Assembly: GCA_963785305.1 (NCBI GenBank)
Contig: CAWAUV010000008.1
Span: 288,001-352,000, forward strand
Source: an uncultured Planctomycetaceae bacterium
GTDB lineage: Bacteria > Planctomycetota > Planctomycetia > Pirellulales > PALSA-1355
DNA length: 64,000 bases
Direction of reading: 5' to 3'
Shown here: positions 1 to 9,581 of the stretch, one piece after another
Layout of the letters: every line of letters starts with the position of its first letter
Position numbering within the stretch: position 1 is the stretch's first letter
The notes under the pieces: generated by a model
Told to the model about the DNA's origin: nothing
The model's database searches: none
The model's input: only the letters and a program-made list of their open reading frames with translations
Made by a program: the position numbers and the translations under genes

Positions 1-1602
1 GCGGCCGACAGCGGCTATGCCATCGGCGAAGCGACGAGTTGGGACGCGGCCGTCGATGGTTTGTATGCGTCCGCGCCGAGCGTGTACTCGCAAGAAGCGG
101 CGAGCCAGGCCGACGCCGCGAAGGCGCAAGTGGTCAGCGTGTCGAACGCGCTCTCCGCCAGCGAGACTACCACCGCCAACGCCAATCAGACGATGGCCGA
201 CACGACCGCCAACGCCGCCGCGAGTTTGAACACGAGCATGGCGGCGGCGAGCCAGACACTTGCCGCCAACCAGGCGCAGGCAACCTACAACGGAGCGGTG
301 GCGCTGTCGCGGCCGATTCGACCGCCGCCCAGTCCGGCGCGGCGACCCCCCAGGGCCTTCCGATGCCCGCCGCCCCGGCGCCGGTGACCGCGGCGAATGT
401 GGATGTCGCGCCACCCACCTTGCCGAGCCGGCCGCCGACCGATGCGTTCAGCCCCACGACCAGCGCCCGGCTGGCCAGCGCACGCGGGCTCGAACGCCCA
501 AGCGATCAACCTCACCGGCGCCAGCACCCTGGCCGAAGGCGTAACCCTTTCGCAGACCGAAAACCAAGTCGCCACGGGGCAGACGATCACCGTCTCCCCG
601 CCGAGCGGCTGGAGCACGGTCATCAATGTCGGCATCGGGATTTTTACAGGCGCGATTTCAGGTGCTCTAGCTGGCGGCACGGTGGGTGGTCTCTTGACAG
701 GCGGCGCGGGCACGGCCTTCACGGCGATTGCGGGCGGTATCGCCGGCGCTGTCGCCGGCGGCTTCGCGGGTTATAATGCGACGGACGCGACGAGCGCGTT
801 CACGAGTTCCCTCGGCGCCGGCATCCGGGCCGGCTTCGTGGCCGGCGTGGCGGGAGCGTACGTTGCCGCGGCCGCTTTGCCGGCCACCGCGGGGCTCCTG
901 ACGCAGATGACCGTCGCGGCCGCGGCCGGCGCGACCGCCGAAACCGCGGTTCAGACTTATGAGATCGGCGTCGGCTCGCGCAAAAGCGCCGACAACTTCC
1001 AGATCGCGGTAACCGCCGGCGCGTCCGCCGTCGGCCCGCTCGCCGCGAAAGTCATGTCCGCCGTCGACGACGGAATCACCAATTTAGTCGCCTCGTTCAA
1101 ACAACAAGCCCAGGGGCTCGCGAACGCCACCACGAGCGAAACGGCCAGTCTGAATGCGAATCCCCCAGAAACGGAGCCCCTCGTAACAACGCCCGAGGCG
1201 GAAGCGCAAGCCGCAAATACGGCGAATGATGCGCCGCCAACGGCGTTGGTCGGAGTCCCGGAAGAGAGCGCCGTTGTTACATTATGGAAAGCGCCACAAG
1301 GAGGGAGACTAAACGCAGCCGGCGAACTGACAGAAGGTTTTGATCCGAGTCAATATCCTGGCGACGGACCATATTTTGCAACCGACAAGGCGATTGCGGA
1401 AGGCTTTCGCGATGCATCGTACGGAAATGGGCTTCAAGAAGTAAACATTCCTCGAGGCATTTTTGATGAACTCGTCGCTAAGGGCATCATACAACCCGAC
1501 ACATTTTACGGGCCGGGACAAGCATGGCATGTACCGCCCGACGGGCTTGCGGAATTCAATGCCGCATTAAAGATGGGGCCGCCGAATGTTTATCATCCTT
1601 AA
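1..1602 (+). CDS. 3' part of a polymorphic toxin-like gene: Ala/Thr-rich stalk, Gly/Ala-rich hydrophobic segment, C-terminal tip with possible ADP-ribosyltransferase-like fold; apparent frameshift(s) near 310-480
   Basis: ORFs 61..387 and 397..1602 read as one low-complexity protein. Tip is VVTLWKAPQ...GFDPSQYPGDGPYFATDKAIAEGF...GLQEVNIP. Sequence becomes more AT-rich from ~1270, and a small gene follows immediately. Confidence 0.6.
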
Positions 1603-1633
1603 AATTCGAGCTCATTTTCAATGGAGGGGCTTG

Positions 1634-2146
1634 ATGATTGAGATCGGCGTCGTTGTCAAAGGAATTGTTACGCGAATAGCACCATTTGGGATATTTATGT
1701 CCCATGGCGAAGACTTGGTCTTCGTGCCGCTAAGCAATTTCGCATGGATACCTAATCCCAAAGTAATTAGTCAATTTTATATTGGGCAGGAGAGAGATGT
1801 GCTCGTGGAGAGGCTCAACTACGACAAAAATATCTATACGGGTTCATTTCGACGTTTAGATCCAGAAGGCAATCCATACCGCATCTTGTCTAGATATCCG
1901 CCGTCGGCGACCTTTGATGGAATCGTTGTTATGGTGCATGCGAATGGTTTTACGATCGAGATTGATGGTGGTTGTCGTGGCGAAATATTCAAAACGCCGC
2001 AGAATGAAGATTTAACTAAAGGCGAAAAGGTTCGCGTTCGAATAAAATCTCTGGAAGTCGATGTGCAGAATCTCGTTTTCGAGTTAGTATCCCGTACCAC
2101 CGTCCCTCCCGAAAACCTCGTCGGAGGGGATGGCGATCCGGAGTAG
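1634..2146 (+). CDS. Tandem S1 (OB-fold) domain protein, putative immunity protein
   Basis: GGAGGGG RBS before ATG 1634. IGVVVKGIVTRIAPFGIF...FYIGQERDVLV and FDGIVVMVHANGFTIEI...LTKGEKVRVRI are S1-repeat patterns. The last codons run into the repeat starting at 2101. Confidence 0.7.
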   Translation: MIEIGVVVKGIVTRIAPFGIFMSHGEDLVFVPLSNFAWIPNPKVISQFYIGQERDVLVERLNYDKNIYTGSFRRLDPEGNPYRILSRYPPSATFDGIVVMVHANGFTIEIDGGCRGEIFKTPQNEDLTKGEKVRVRIKSLEVDVQNLVFELVSRTTVPPENLVGGDGDPE

Positions 2147-2525
2147 GAGCGAATTCACGGAGTCGGTTTCGGCGGTGCTCAAGAAAAATCGCCGGCGTTG
2201 GAGTAAAAACGGGCTCGGAGGGCCTGTTTTTACTGATCGGCGCATGGCCTTCCCTTCGGCGTGATGGCCGTCGTTGAAGAGCATGGGGGCGCGAGGCGGC
2301 GCGGGTGTTGTCCCTCCCGAAAACCTCATCGGAGGGGATGGCGATGCGGAGTAGGGTCGATTTGGCGGGGTTGGTTTCGGCGGTGCTCAAGAAAAATCGC
2401 CGGCGTTGGAGTAAAAACAGGCCCGGAGGGCCGGTTTTTACTCCTCGCGCGCGGCCTTGCCGTCGGCGCGTCGGCCGTTGTTGGTGGGACATGGGAACCG
2501 GGCGGCGTCAAGCGGCGCGGGTGTA
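2101..2525. repeat. Two tandem ~208 bp copies of an IS481-like element end
   Basis: Units start (C/T)GTCCCTCCCGAAAACCTC at 2101 and 2309. Each contains the hairpin GAGTAAAAAC...GTTTTTACT and ends in GCGGCGCGGGTGT, the reverse complement of the integrase 3' end. Confidence 0.8.
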
Positions 2526-2967
2526 GCGGTGATGGAGGCCGCCGACTTGGGGAATGGATCGCACGGGGCCGCGTTCGGGCGGCTCGACTTCGCGAGCGTT
2601 GGGCGCGTTGCGGTCGAGCGATAGGTGTGTTCTTGAATTGTTATAGTAATCGAAGTAGTCGGATAGGATGCGTTTCAAGTGGCGCTCGCCGAGCACGATG
2701 ACGTGGTTCAAGCACTCGCGGCGGATCGAGCCGATCAGACGCTCGACGTAGGGATTCTGCCATGGCGAGCGAGGCGCGCTCACCACTTGTTCGATTCCCA
2801 GATTCTCGATTCGTCGTTGGGACACATCGCCATAGATTCCATCGCGATCGCGCTGCAAGTCAGCGCGGCGCCGAGTCATAAGGAAACGCCTCGACGATTT
2901 GCTGGGCGGTCCACGCGGCCGATGGGTTGGCCGTGACATCGAAATGCGCGACGCGGCGTCGGTGTTC
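2508..2967 (-). pseudogene. Integrase-core (rve/DDE, IS481/IS3-like) transposase, C-terminal fragment
   Basis: DRDGIYG...SPWQNPYVERLIGSIRRECLNHVIVLGERHL...GGLHHRYTRAA*; 5' part missing and frameshifted. Confidence 0.85.
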
Positions 2968-3610
2968 ACTCGTAGCGGAAGAGTTGGCCGACGTTGTCAT
3001 CGTCGACCGCCACATGCAGGTACGCGCTGGTGATGCTCACGTTCGCGTGGCCGGCGGCGTCGCGGACTTCGGCTAGCGTGCGGCCGCCGGCCAGGGCGTG
3101 GCTGATGAAGGTGTGGCGGCCGTGGTGGATGGTGAGAGTCGCCAATCGGGCCGGGCCGAGCGACTTGCAGGCCGTTCGGAATCGCTTGCGGAGCGTGTGG
3201 CGCGAGAATGATTTTTCAACGCGGCCCGGCCGGAACGAGGCGACGAACGGTCGCGTGAGTACCGACGACTCGGCGCTGCTCGCTTGTCGATTGATCTTCC
3301 AAGAGGCCAAATCGGCGAGCGTGCCGGCGTCCCACCACAGTGGAACCATTCGCGACCGGCCGCCCTTCGACGCGCCCGTGCGAATGCGGATGTGCGGCCG
3401 GGCAAGTTCCGTGCGCACATCGCCCATTTGCAGATGGGCGATCTCGCTGGCCCGCAGGCCGCAACAGGCGGCCAAACGGAAGAGAATCAGATTCAAGCGG
3501 GTATTCGGCGAACGCGGGGCCTTGCGCTTGAGATCGGCCAGAACGGCGCCGATCTCCCGGCGGGTGAGAATCTTCGTGGCGTCGACTGTTCGGGGGCGAT
3601 ACGTTTGCAT
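2966..3610 (-). CDS. Tyrosine recombinase/integrase (catalytic domain only)
   Basis: GLRASEI, KGGRSRMVPL, HHGRHTF, GHANVSITSAYLH supply the R-K-H-R-H-Y catalytic set. Confidence 0.9.
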   Translation of the reverse strand: MQTYRPRTVDATKILTRREIGAVLADLKRKAPRSPNTRLNLILFRLAACCGLRASEIAHLQMGDVRTELARPHIRIRTGASKGGRSRMVPLWWDAGTLADLASWKINRQASSAESSVLTRPFVASFRPGRVEKSFSRHTLRKRFRTACKSLGPARLATLTIHHGRHTFISHALAGGRTLAEVRDAAGHANVSITSAYLHVAVDDDNVGQLFRYE

Positions 3611-3924
3611 GGCGGGCGTTCCTGCGGGTCGGTGGTTGCTGGGTACGAGTGTCCGGTTCTTCCTTAGCACGGCGCCGCGTCGGGCCGCGTGGACAGTCAG
3701 TACCTCGGGTCTCGCCGGAGCTCAAGCGGGTTCGGACCCAGTTCGCCCAGTGTGGGTCCGAGTTCGCGTAGCCGAGAAGATGTTTGGCCAACAGGCGAGC
3801 CGAAGAATTGCGAGAATTCCGCTTCGCCAGCGCTGGATGTTCTGGGGCAGCTGAGGTAACTGTCGTGACCTGCGTGGCGTCGATGTTCGACGCCCGGAGC
3901 ATTCCGAACGACAGGAGACGAACC

Positions 3925-4269
3925 ATGACCGCGAAGAAGGCCACGAAACAGACGAAGTCCACCGCCAAAGCCGAAAGCGCCAAGCCCGAGAACGCCAAGG
4001 GCGCGAAGGCCGCCAAGCCGAAGAAGGAAACCAAACCCAAGAAGATGAGCGCGCTGGACGCCTCGGCCAAGGTTCTGGCCGAGGCCGGTGAGCCGCTGGG
4101 CGCCAAGCAGATGGTCGAGGCGATGACCGCGAAAGGCTACTGGACCAGCCCCGGCGGCAAGACCCCGCATGCCACGCTCTACAGCGCGATCCTGCGCGAG
4201 ATCGGGACCAAGGGGACCGACGCCCGCTTCAAGAAGACCGATCGCGGGCGGTTCGCCGCCAACGGGTAG
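3925..4269 (+). CDS. Lys/Ala-rich N-terminus plus HARE-HTH (HB1/ASXL-type) winged helix protein
   Basis: AGGAG RBS; MSALDASAKVLAEAGEPL...GKTPHATLYSAILREI...RFKKTDRGRF. Confidence 0.8.
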   Translation: MTAKKATKQTKSTAKAESAKPENAKGAKAAKPKKETKPKKMSALDASAKVLAEAGEPLGAKQMVEAMTAKGYWTSPGGKTPHATLYSAILREIGTKGTDARFKKTDRGRFAANG

Positions 4270-4431
4270 TCCCCGCGGCGCCTTCCCGCTCGACGCCCCA
4301 TAGACCACCGCTTCGCGGCGGCGCCTTCCACGTCGGGGCGTTTTCTCGTTCGACGGTTGGCGTTTGACAACGCGGCCCGATGGTGATACATTTGTAATAC
4401 ATTGTGCTAACAAAGGAAAAGGAGTTGGGCC

Positions 4432-4659
4432 ATGATCAAAACACTGACCAAGCACGGCAATAGCTACGCGCTGGTCATTGAAAAGCCGATTTTGGAACTC
4501 TTGCGAGCGACCCCCGAAACACCGTTTGAAATCATGAGCGACGGACAATGCCTTGTCCTCACGCCGCTGCGGGAATCGAAAGATGAACGGAAATTCCAGA
4601 AGGCCCTGGAAAGCGTCCACGCGAGGTTTGGCCGCGCGATGAAACGGCTCGCGGAGTAA
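4432..4659 (+). CDS. AbrB/MazE-type antitoxin
   Basis: MIKTLTKHGNSYALVIEKPILELL AbrB-fold motif; AAGGAG RBS; directly upstream of a Doc toxin. Confidence 0.85.
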   Translation: MIKTLTKHGNSYALVIEKPILELLRATPETPFEIMSDGQCLVLTPLRESKDERKFQKALESVHARFGRAMKRLAE

Positions 4660-4665
4660 CTGCCC

Positions 4666-5055
4666 GTGGACGGTTTTGAGTTCCTGGACCTGGATCGCGT
4701 CCTGCGCACGCATCGCAGCTTGATCGAAGCCTATGGAGGGACCGATGGTGTCCGCGACGTAGGCTTGTTGCTTTCGGCGATCGCCATGCCCCAGTCGTCG
4801 TTCGGCGGCCAGTTCCTGCATAAAGACGTGTTCGAGATGGCGGCTGCGTACCACTACCACATCGTTCAGAACCACCCGTTCATCGATGGAAACAAACGCA
4901 CCGGCGCGGCTGCCGCGATCATCTTCCTGGCCATGAACGACATTGATATCGACGCAGACGAAGACGGGCTGGTCGCATTGACCCTGGCGGTGGCCCGCGG
5001 GAACGCTGACAAGTCGGAGATCGCGGATTTTTTTCGGAAGCGAGCCCATCCGTGA
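4666..5055 (+). CDS. doc: Death-on-curing (Fic/Doc) type II toxin
   Basis: GVRDVGLLLSAIAMP and the Fic motif HPFIDGNKRTG. Confidence 0.9.
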   Translation: MDGFEFLDLDRVLRTHRSLIEAYGGTDGVRDVGLLLSAIAMPQSSFGGQFLHKDVFEMAAAYHYHIVQNHPFIDGNKRTGAAAAIIFLAMNDIDIDADEDGLVALTLAVARGNADKSEIADFFRKRAHP

Positions 5056-5204
5056 CAGTCCCACGAGTTCCGGCCGGCGCGAACTAAGTCAGCGCTCCGC
5101 GGCGGCAGCGCCACGTCGGGGCGTTTTCTTGTTGGTGGGATCCTTGGCCCGTCCGATCGACCGGCCGCCACACGGCGCGAACCTCGCGTTCATGGGTTTG
5201 CCTT

Positions 5205-5870
5205 TCAATCGTCGCATATCTCCCTCAGCATCCGGCGCCAGCCCTTGGCCAGATCGTCGGCGGTCGTCAGCTTCTCGGTGGGCCGGCCGTAGTGGCGCAG
5301 GCAGACCATCATCGTCTCGGTCGACGGCGCCAAATCGCGAATCGGTTCGGCGCACACGTCGAGAATCGCGCCCTGGTAGTTGCCTCGCGCCAGAAAGTCG
5401 CCATCGATTCCGATTCCTTCGGCGAACTGCCGCCATCCCTCCAGCCCGATGCGAAACCGGTAAGCGCTGGTATTAGCCACCAGCGTCCACGTGCCATCCG
5501 CGTCGCCGTCCGCCAAATATCGCCAGCGGGCCAGCATGAACATGGCGGCCTGTTCGAGTTGCTGGTTGATGTAGGCGAGCGCCATGACATGCAGCATGAG
5601 CAGCGGAAACGTCGTATCGGGAAGGTGGAAAAGGCGGGTGGGCGTGACATGGTCGACCAGCCGAAGTTCGGCCTTGTCGCCCTTGGCGTCGGCCGCCAGA
5701 TAGCGAGCCAACCGCTCGCGGCGGCTGAGCGGCGGTTCCTGGGAACCGCTGTATGGGAATCGGCCGTCGGGCGTGGTCGGGGCGATCTTGGTCGGCGGAT
5801 ACAGACCTTGGAGCGCCGCTTCGTCACGCAGCACATTGAGGGCGGTGCGAATGTCGTTGCCTTTGAGCGA
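5205..5870 (-). CDS. Hypothetical protein, probably 5'-truncated
   Basis: Open frame LKGNDIRTALNVLRDEAALQGLYPPTKIAPTTPDG...; its 5' end overlaps an unrelated QueC-like fragment. Confidence 0.45.
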   Translation of the reverse strand, partial: SLKGNDIRTALNVLRDEAALQGLYPPTKIAPTTPDGRFPYSGSQEPPLSRRERLARYLAADAKGDKAELRLVDHVTPTRLFHLPDTTFPLLMLHVMALAYINQQLEQAAMFMLARWRYLADGDADGTWTLVANTSAYRFRIGLEGWRQFAEGIGIDGDFLARGNYQGAILDVCAEPIRDLAPSTETMMVCLRHYGRPTEKLTTADDLAKGWRRMLREICDD

Positions 5871-6140
5871 GCGGGCATACACCGTTTTCATAGAAACGGA
5901 TACGATCTCGGCCAAACGCTCGCGCGACCACCGCGGCGATTGCCGCGAATAGAAACGATCGGCTGCGCTGCGAGAAGTCACCGCCAAGATTCTTCGACTT
6001 GTTCACCTCGACGGCAACATGCAGAGGACGTCTTCCCTTGTCGGTTAACCGGTCGGTGATATCCGAGACGAGATCTCGTTGCCTCGCGTACAACTTGCTG
6101 ACCGGCCGGTGGCTCACAAGAACGACTCGTTTTCCGCGGT
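5870..6140 (-). pseudogene. Internal fragment of a QueC-like (PP-loop; QatC/Cap9-like) gene
   Basis: VVLVSHRP...Q...FSQRSRSFLFAAIAAVVA...IRFYENGV resembles defence-associated QueC-like proteins; both ends missing. Confidence 0.6.
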
Positions 6141-6142
6141 CG

Positions 6143-6544
6143 TCATATTGCGCCATAGTTGCCGCTGCTTGCGCAGTCCGGCACAGACGCGATCGGTTGG
6201 AGCTGGCGTAAATGGACCGGGGTTCGGCCGCGCTCGATCCGGGGCATAAAAAGAAGTTCCTCCTGGATGTCCGGGGCCAGCAACCGGAGATTCATAATCT
6301 GAGTGATTCGGGCACGGGTGACGTGCCCCAGGCGGGCCAATTCGGCATAGTCGGTCACCTCGACAGCGTGGATCAACCGTTCAAAACGAATCGCCAACGC
6401 CATGAACCGGGCGATACGGGGCACCCGGCCGGGAACGCGCTTGACTGCGGCGGCGGGCGACTCGCCGCGACAGATCTCTTTGCGGTTGCCGCGACCGCGG
6501 CGACGGAAATGGATACTGCATTCGAGGGTGATCGGCTTGATCAT
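6143..6544 (-). CDS. Small HTH-like protein typical of DUF2924/serine-recombinase cassettes
   Basis: ATGA overlap with the recombinase stop; RVPRIARFMALAIRF...DYAELARLGHVTRARITQIMNLRLLAPDIQEELL. Confidence 0.75.
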   Translation of the reverse strand: MIKPITLECSIHFRRRGRGNRKEICRGESPAAAVKRVPGRVPRIARFMALAIRFERLIHAVEVTDYAELARLGHVTRARITQIMNLRLLAPDIQEELLFMPRIERGRTPVHLRQLQPIASVPDCASSGNYGAI

Positions 6545-8125
6545 GCCGCGTCCTCCGTATTCTGGCTGGCCAGTTCGTCGGCCAGCGTCTGGATGCCAAT
6601 GGGATGGAAGGTGATCGAAACTTTGCCGTTGGCCCCGTCGTAGTCGACGCGCTCCACGAGCAACTGAACGACGCGAGTCTGTTCGCGGGACGTGAGCGAG
6701 TCCCACACCGGGTCGAAGATAGACATCGCCTTGGCGACCTCGCGCTGGTCTAACAAGTCGCGGCTCAACGCCAGCACTTGTTCGCGGACCTCGGTTGCGC
6801 GGCGTTCCGCCCCACTTATCCGGTCTTGAAGGTCGGCCAAGCGGGCCGTGGCCGGCGTATTGGCGTCGCCCGGGGCGATCTGTTCCAGTAACTTGAGAAC
6901 CTCGGTGTTCCAACGGGTCAGTTCGCGTTCGAGGCCGTGTCGTTCGGTTTCCAGTTCCGCCAAGCGGGTCTTGCCCTGGCTGCGGGCTTGGGCGACGACC
7001 TCGCCGAGTAGCGTCGGGTCTTTGCCGATGCATTTGATCTGCTCGACCACGAACCGTTCGATCTCGGGCGCCGGAATGGACTTCGAGGGGCAATCGTGCC
7101 AACCTCGTTTCTGGGCCCGGTTGCAGACATAGTAGCGATACCGCTTGTTGCCGTTCTTGGTTGAGTGCGTGGGAGACATGCCGCAGCCGCACGGAACGCA
7201 GTGCAGAAGGCCCTTGAGCAGCGCGCCGAACTTGTTCCGCGCCGCCCGTGCGACCGTTGCGACCCAGCAGCGACTGCACCCGCTGCCAGATGTCGGCGTT
7301 CACTACGGCCGCGTGTTCGCCGTTGTGGACCTCGTCCTTGTATTTGATTTTGCCGGCATAGGCGACGTTGGTGAGCAGTTTGTACAGGCTGGTTTTGGTG
7401 AACTGTTTGCCGCCCCGATCGTGCCCCTTGCGGGTCGTCCAGCGCTTGTTGACCCAGCCCCGCCGGTCGATTTCCTTGACCGTCGTGATCATCGACTGGT
7501 GCTCCAGGTACAACTCGAAGATGGCCCGCACGCGAGCCGCTTCGTCTTCGTTGACCAGGAGTTTCGACCCGAGCGGGTCCACATCGTAGCCGAGCAGCGG
7601 CATTCCGCCCGACCACTTTCCCTTGCGGCGGGCGGCGGCGATTTTGTCCCGCGCCCGTTCGGAGATGATCTCGCGCTCGAATTGGGCGAAGGAAAGCAGG
7701 ACGTTGAGCATCAGCCGACCCAACGATGTGGCGGTGTTGATGAGCTGCGTCACGCTGACGAACGATATCTGATGCCGGTCGAAGGTTTCCACGATCTTGG
7801 CGAAGTCGAGTAGCGAACGGCTGAGCCGGTCCACCTTGTACACGATGACGCTGTCGATCTTGCCGGCCTCGATATCCGCCATAAGGCGTTTGAGCGCCGG
7901 CCGGTCCATGTTGCCGCCGGTGAAACCACCGTCGTCGTACCTGTCTGGCAGACACCGCCAGCCTTCGTGCTCTTGGCTCTTGATATACGCCTCGCCCGAT
8001 TCCCGTTGGGCGTCGAGCGAATTGAATTCCTTTTCGAGGCCCTCGTCGGTCGACTTGCGAGTGTAGATCGCGCAGCGAATCTGTTGGGACGCCGCCGGTT
8101 GGTTCCGAGTCTTGGCCTTGCTCAT
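6541..8125 (-). CDS. Large serine recombinase (resolvase, recombinase, Zn-ribbon); one apparent frameshift near 7235
   Basis: RCAIYTRKST, YDDGGFTGGNMDRPAL, VYKVDRLSRS; continues in another frame as MSPTHSTKNGNKRYRYYVC...C plus coiled coil. Confidence 0.9.
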
Positions 8126-8622
8126 TTGGGGCTCCCTTGCCCGCCGAGGCGGAAGAAGTAATAGCCGTTGCAGTGGGCGCCGGTGATCTTCTTGGCCACG
8201 GCGCTGAGCGACTTGTAGACCTGGCCCTCGAACTCGAATCCCTTGGGCAGGACACGGACTTCCAGCGTTTGGTCCTTGTACCGCCGGGTGATGACCGCGC
8301 CCGGCATGGGTAGGCGATCATCGCCAGCCACGGCGAGCGTCGTCGTTGCGACGCGCTGCGCGGGCGCCGCGGCGCGGACGGTTGCCTTGGGGGCGGAGGA
8401 ACGCAGGTCCGCGTCGTTAGCCAGTTCGGAGGCCCGCTGGCGGGCGCGGTCCGACAGGTCGCCTTCGGCCTGCGCCTGTATTCGCCAGATGATCCGGCGC
8501 ACGAGCCACTGCTTATGGCGGGCGTTCGTTTCTTCGCCGAACACTTCGGCGTGCTTGGCCCGCAGTTCGCTGACGCTCATCCGCTGGAGCGCGGCGAGCT
8601 CCTTGCCCACGTTCAGTTCCAT
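8122..8622 (-). CDS. DUF2924 domain protein
   Basis: LVRRIIWRIQAQAEGDLS...PGAVITRRYK...YKSLSAVAKKITGAHCNGYYFFRL; coupled to the recombinase start. Confidence 0.85.
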   Translation of the reverse strand: MELNVGKELAALQRMSVSELRAKHAEVFGEETNARHKQWLVRRIIWRIQAQAEGDLSDRARQRASELANDADLRSSAPKATVRAAAPAQRVATTTLAVAGDDRLPMPGAVITRRYKDQTLEVRVLPKGFEFEGQVYKSLSAVAKKITGAHCNGYYFFRLGGQGSPK

Positions 8623-8655
8623 GCGTCTCTCCTTGGTTTGAGTTCTCGAAAACCG

Positions 8656-8858
8656 TTAACCCAGGTGGACACTGAGCACGGTTTTGGCGGGAACCTCAAG
8701 GCATGTCGGCCAGGATTCCGGCGAGATTTCCGGGGCGGGATCGGCGGCCGGGAGCGCCGCTCGGCGCGGAGGCGTAGAACGCCGGCCGCGAAAATGCCGG
8801 CCACTTCGGAGAGACGCTCGTCGGGCGTCAGGAAGGTCGGATCGTCGATCGGTCGCAT
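8656..8858 (-). CDS. Small conserved hypothetical upstream of DUF2924 (possible frameshift)
   Basis: MRPIDDPTFLTPDERLSEVAGIFAAGVLRL...; another frame ends LEVPAKTVLSVHLG*. Confidence 0.5.
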
Positions 8859-9581
8859 GGGGCATCTCGCTTTCCGCAAAATTGCAGTGGAGTGGCCCAC
8901 AGCGACCTTCGCTTGGCGACGGGCGCGCTGTCTGGCGGGAGCATTCGGCATCGCGAGCAGTGCGCGATGCCTCTCTCTGTTAACCTACCCGGCGCGAGTT
9001 CGAGATGACGAAACGAGGGTCCGAAAGGGAACGGCTTGTTAACTCCGAGAGGGTTGTTAACCAGAGATTTGGAGAGTTTTGGATCGAGATTCGAGGGTCC
9101 GAAAGGAACCTTGGGGGTTCCCTTCGGACCCCGATTGATCTCTCTCGAAACGGAGATCGCCGGGAGCGGCGGCGGAGTCGTCGCAAACCCTTGCGGCAAA
9201 AGGCCAGAAACGCGAAACGCCCGACCGCCGATTTCTCGGCGTCGGGCGTTAACGGGCGGGCCGGTCGGTTTCGCGACCGGCGAAATAGCTCCCCGAAAGG
9301 AACCCTGCTCGAAACGAGGCGCGCCACCACGGAGTTACACAAGCAGCACCTCGTCCGCCAGAATCTGCCGACTCGCCGTGATGAAATCATGCAGCGCAAT
9401 CATGACGCCCCCTCGCTCGTCGGTTTGCGGGCGACTCCAGCCGCGATCTCAATTCGCTTATCGCCCGCACTCGATCACTACTTCTCAGTTCTCGCGGTGA
9501 GTTCTCCGGCCACTTTCGCATAAACGGGCCGATCCGAACATCTGGCGGTTGGATGTCGAGCGACTTGAAATCGGCCATCCT

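Noticed and set aside
1634..2146. Housekeeping rpsA
   Set aside because: Only two divergent S1 domains, atypical base composition and a toxin-adjacent position.
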